Assembly: GCA_008632985.1 (NCBI GenBank)
Contig: QPGO01000036.1
Coordinates: forward strand, 334,182 to 398,181
DNA length: 64,000 nt
Direction of reading: 5' to 3'
From: Psammoneis japonica
Lineage: Eukaryota
Positions 59,875 through 64,000 of the stretch are shown here, piece after piece (position 1 is the first letter of the stretch; each line of letters opens with the position of its first letter). A model generated the notes under the pieces. That model saw nothing but the letters and a program-made list of their open reading frames with translations. It ran no database searches and was not told where the DNA came from. Position numbers and translations under genes: made by a program.

Positions 59875-62186
59875 CATCAGAGCGCGCAATGCAGTGATCA
59901 TCACACATCTTTTCATTGTGATTTTTGTTCCTTTCACAGACAAATTTTTTGTGGTTTCAAACCTCATCAGTTTTGCAGCTGGCAATGACATGCAAACTGT
60001 GACAGATTGACATTTTTATGCTGTGGGATCAGACCCCCCCTCCCCATGAGAAAAAATGTTTCACCATGAAACAGGGGCACGTTTTCCCTGTGAGAGTGCC
60101 CACCCTCTGTCCCTGCAAAACCTGCAAATTAAAATTGTTTGCATTGTGCCATGAACGTTCTATTTTGTTGTTTACATTTAAATTAAATGACGCCAACGGA
60201 GACAACACCCTAGAGTCTGCAGCAGTTGCAGCTCACTTTCTTTGAGTGCCGCTGCTTGCAGCCACCTTGTTCATTGCCAAAAAAGTGCAGAATGCGTTGT
60301 GAGAGTGCAATGTGGATGAACTGACACCACCAACAGGAACAGCAACATGGACTTGCCGGTGCATCCGGCACCGCCGATTCTGGAGCAGGTGAGTTTGCAG
60401 CAGCTGCTGCAGTTCTCTTTCTTGAAGAGCCACTGCCAGCACTGGCAGCCACCTTGTTCATTGTCGAACGGTGTGGAAAATGTTGTGAGAGTGTGACAAA
60501 GATGAACCAACCACAACCAATGGAGACGTCAATGTGTGGACTTGCCTGTGCATCCAGCGCCACTGATTCCAGACCAGGTGAAGTGACACTGCTCTGATCC
60601 ACCTTGTTCATTGCAAAGAAGTGCAAAATGCTTTGTGAGAGTGTGTGGGACAACAACAGCAACCAATTGAAACCGCAACATGGACTCACTGGTGCATCCG
60701 CCGTGGCCAATTTGGTTGCTTCTGCCACCGGTTCCCGACCCCGCGAAGCCGATTCAGGACCATGTGAAGCAACATTGCTCTGATCCACCTTGTTCATTGC
60801 AAAGAAATGCAAAACACTTTGTGAGAGTGTGCGGGACAACAACAGCAACCAATTGAAACCTCAACGTAGACTTGCAGGTGCATCCGCTGCCGCCGCCAAT
60901 TCGGGAGCTTCTGCTGCCGGTTCCCGACCCATCGACATGGAATTGGCAGCTGCTGCGGTTGTTGCAGTCGACCCCCCCTGCTGCTCTTGACCACAAACAG
61001 CGGAGAGACTTGGGAAGCCTTTAAAAATGAGCCCAACAACTCAGGCAACCTCCAATGGGTTGCCTCCCCACTCTCCACCTCTGCAGTCTTTCTGGATCTG
61101 GACATGGAAATTGGAGAAGACGGATGCAACACAAGTGAACACATCAAAAACAAATGAAGCTCTTTTTGTGCATGCCTTTTTTGAAGAGTGTCACATGTGG
61201 CAAAGAACTTTTCACATGTGTGATTCTGAGAGCTGCAGGAACAAGCACCGCCTGCAGTCTTTCTGGGTCTGGACACAGAAATTGGAGAAGACGGATGTGT
61301 TGTCAGCGAATGTGTCAAAAACCAACGAACCTCTTTTTGCACATGCCTTGTTTGGACAGTGCAATTCATGGCAACTGATGATGTTTCTGGATGCAAAACT
61401 CTGACATGCACGATTACAACAACACTGCAGAAAAGTGAGTTTATGACATGCGTGCACACAACACACAACAACACGCCAGCAGCTCAGCATTCTGGATGTG
61501 GCAGATTGTGACAGCACACTCGCGATCACAAAATTCAAGCTGCGCCCGAATAAAACCCCATCTTGACCAACCAGAAGGATGGCAGGTGTCACCACACGTT
61601 GAGCCACTGTCATTGGCCAATGGGGTGAAGTCTTTCACCGCCATGGCCAGTCATTGATTTGCAGATTTGCGACCACATGTAGGATCCACGTGAATCATGA
61701 CAGCACGCGCTCTCATTTTTCAAACTTTGGGGAGAGGGTGTGCTGTTGTGAAATGTGTAGAAAATTGCGCATGTAAAACACATGCTAAAAATGCCGTAGA
61801 CCAACGGGCTGTGCAAAAGTGAAGAAAAATGAAGGTGGGTCACGTGCGTGCGTGAAGTGCTGCAGACTGCACACGTGCAAAGACACACACACGTGAGTGA
61901 GGAGGACAAAGTTAAAACCAAGTTCAAATTGATTACGATCAAAAGGAAACCAAACCATGCACAACAAAAAATAGATTTTGATCCCAATTGATTGAACATT
62001 GCATGCATTTGATTGAAGCTTGTGCAAGAAAAGTTAGTGAGACATCAGACAAAATGCAAAAAACAGCTTCATTTTGTCAAGCACTTTTGCTGGCATTTTT
62101 CAAGTTCTGCTTGTTGACAATTTTGACAATGCACACTCAAAATTTTACAAAGGAAAGTGGAAACCACTGTGTTGCCGCCTCTGATG
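59875..62186 (+). mobile_element. Non-autonomous TIR element family 'CATCAGAG', copy C (complete)
   Basis: TG|CATCAGAGCGCGCAATGCAGTG ... CACTGTGTTGCCGCCTCTGATG|TG; ~22-bp imperfect TIR; identical 2-bp flanks. Confidence 0.92.
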
Positions 62187-63300
62187 TGCCGCAAAGAAGG
62201 AAAAGACAACGTCAATGAGAACCTGCCTGATGGACATCGGCTGTCCAAAGACACCTTTGACGGTCTGCCAAAGTTCTTGCCTGGACCAGATCAAGCAGAA
62301 TGCCTCAGGATTGCCAAGAAAGCCGTTCACCGAGTTGTGCGAGAAGAAGAAAAGGGCACAAAGATTGACACAGTTACAGTTTGTAGACATGGTCCAAAAT
62401 GAGGCTTCATGGGAAAACAAAAGTTCAACGTTGACGGGGAAATGTTTGTGGGTTGCTCTGGATTCATTCAACACGTTCAAGCCACAGCCTTGAATGAAGA
62501 AATCAGAAGTGAGAAAATCACTTTGCAGACAAGTGACCAAGACTGCATGAGAGCCAAGGACTGTTTTGACCATTTCAGCAAAATGAGTGAGACAGAGCGG
62601 GGGGCTGGTTGTGACTGGGGACAGACACGTGACATCAGGATGGCAGTTCCAGGCAATGTTCTTGTGTGCAGGGTCAAAGGAAGTGCCGCTGGTGGAGCAG
62701 AGTGTGCAAAGGTCAAGGATGACATGTTGGAAGAGGGACTTGAGGAATTGCTCACAAGAGTCAAAACTTCAGAGCTGCATGACGAAGACAATGCCAACGA
62801 CAGCGAGGACGATGGGGGCGAATGCGCAGTCCACAGCAAAACAAGCTGTTGCCAAAAAGCCGAAAGTTTTGACAAGGACATTTTGAAAGAAACTTGAGAA
62901 GCTCAAAATCCTCAAAATTGACAACCTCCAGCAGCTGAGAGTGAAAATGAAAGATGGAAAGCTCAGCAAGGAATTGAAAGACGTCTTGCTGTTGGAAGAG
63001 GACAGCAGAATCAAGGAGACCCTCAATTCAAACCAATCCAGCCCAACACTGGCCATGTTGTTTTTGTTGCCAGGCTTGCAGAATCCATGAAAGGCCAACA
63101 ATGGTGTGTTCCTGTGTGCCAGTCTGCAGGTCATGGCCACAAGATTGAGGACCCCAAAAGCAGGAAAGTGCTTGGGCATCACAAAGGAGTTGAGCACCAC
63201 ACAAAGTCATTTTGGAAGCAGAATGATGGAACTTGGGTCAAGAAGGGCGGCGGGGACACTCGAGGACATTCTGAAATCACAGCAGGTTGCCTGATGTCCT
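62187..63300 (+). pseudogene. Degenerate ORF of unknown identity, probably continuous with ~59420-59874 before copy C inserted
   Basis: Lys/Glu-rich protein-like fragments on both sides of the insertion; TA-depleted. Confidence 0.4.
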
Positions 63301-64000
63301 GAGCCGGTTGCAGTGGCCAGCTTCTACACAGGAACATGTGGGCGCAGCACAGCAGATGTGAATGAAGGGAAAGACAATGCCACATGGTGAACATGGTCAT
63401 GTTGCAGCAGTTTGCTGCTCTGCATGGCCAGCTCAGGGCCAGAGTGCAAGTCATTGGGGGCTTCTGTTCAGCCAAGCTCTCCTTGTGGCGACCACAAAGC
63501 ATTCGGCAGCTTGCATTGAATGATCACTCAAGTTGTGGAAATGCCTTTACCCCTCACCCACAATCAAACAAAGATTCAAGACTCACCACTGTCAGGGTCA
63601 GGTGCAAGCCCCTCTGCTGATGCAGGATGAAAACCACAGTCATTGTCTTCTGTGCAGTGCTGCTCGATGAGGACATGGTGGTTAAAGTTTGAGCCATTCT
63701 ACACTGCCGCTCGTCTTCAACAGTGAAGCTTCATCCACTCTTGGTCAGGGCCATCTGAACAACATGTTCACCCATGTGGTGCAAGGCCCACACACACACT
63801 CCTGGGCTGTGATTCTGATGTTTGACTCCAATGAAAAACAAGCCAATGTTGCATGGGCTGCAAAGACAGTGTTGACAACATCTTTCACCTCTTTTTCTTT
63901 TTGAGAAGTCAACCAGTTGTTGCCACACACATTGCTCTCATTCAGCAGTCAGAGTGAGGTCAAATCCAAGCTTCTTTGGGGTTTTAGCAATGACGATTGG

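Noticed and set aside
1..64000. Hundreds of overlapping 60-250 aa Cys/His-rich ORFs on both strands as novel metal-binding proteins
   Set aside because: They lie in TA-depleted blocks where TAA/TAG stops and Tyr codons were removed; they lack Tyr and overlap in all frames, so they are artefacts.
1..64000. Alternative genetic code as the explanation for missing Tyr and stops
   Set aside because: Intact genes in the same window use TAT/TAC and TAA/TAG normally; affected regions also have frameshifts and include non-coding DNA.

Overview
This is eukaryotic DNA, most consistent with a diatom: short GT-AG introns, a CoDi-like Ty1/copia element and diatom-typical protein families. The taxon is inferred, not proven. 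The window is a patchwork of two kinds of sequence. (1) Ordinary gene islands with normal TpA content, carrying a conserved 191-aa protein, a GT32-like (pseudo)gene, a secreted 163-aa protein, two paralogous type-II-membrane protein kinases, moaC, a sulfotransferase plus a truncated paralog, and an oleosin-like membrane protein. (2) Large blocks of repeats and decayed gene copies at about 1-8.9, 12.5-18.9, 20.0-28.7, 33.1-34.6, 42.1-46.9, 50.3-53.3, 55.8-58.2 and 59.4-64 kb, in which the dinucleotide TpA has been almost erased. Comparisons inside the window (kinase gene vs its copies, 5' vs 3' LTR, duplicate vs duplicate, transposon target-site duplications) show systematic TpA->TpG or TpA->CpA substitution, i.e. 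A->G at TpA on either strand. This turns Tyr into Cys/His and removes TAA/TAG stops. It resembles a RIP-like, repeat/heterochromatin-restricted hypermutation process running opposite to fungal RIP, and is the main candidate for an undescribed system. Most short Cys/His-rich, Tyr-free ORFs in the supplied track are by-products of it. All alignments were read by eye; no counts or searches were run.
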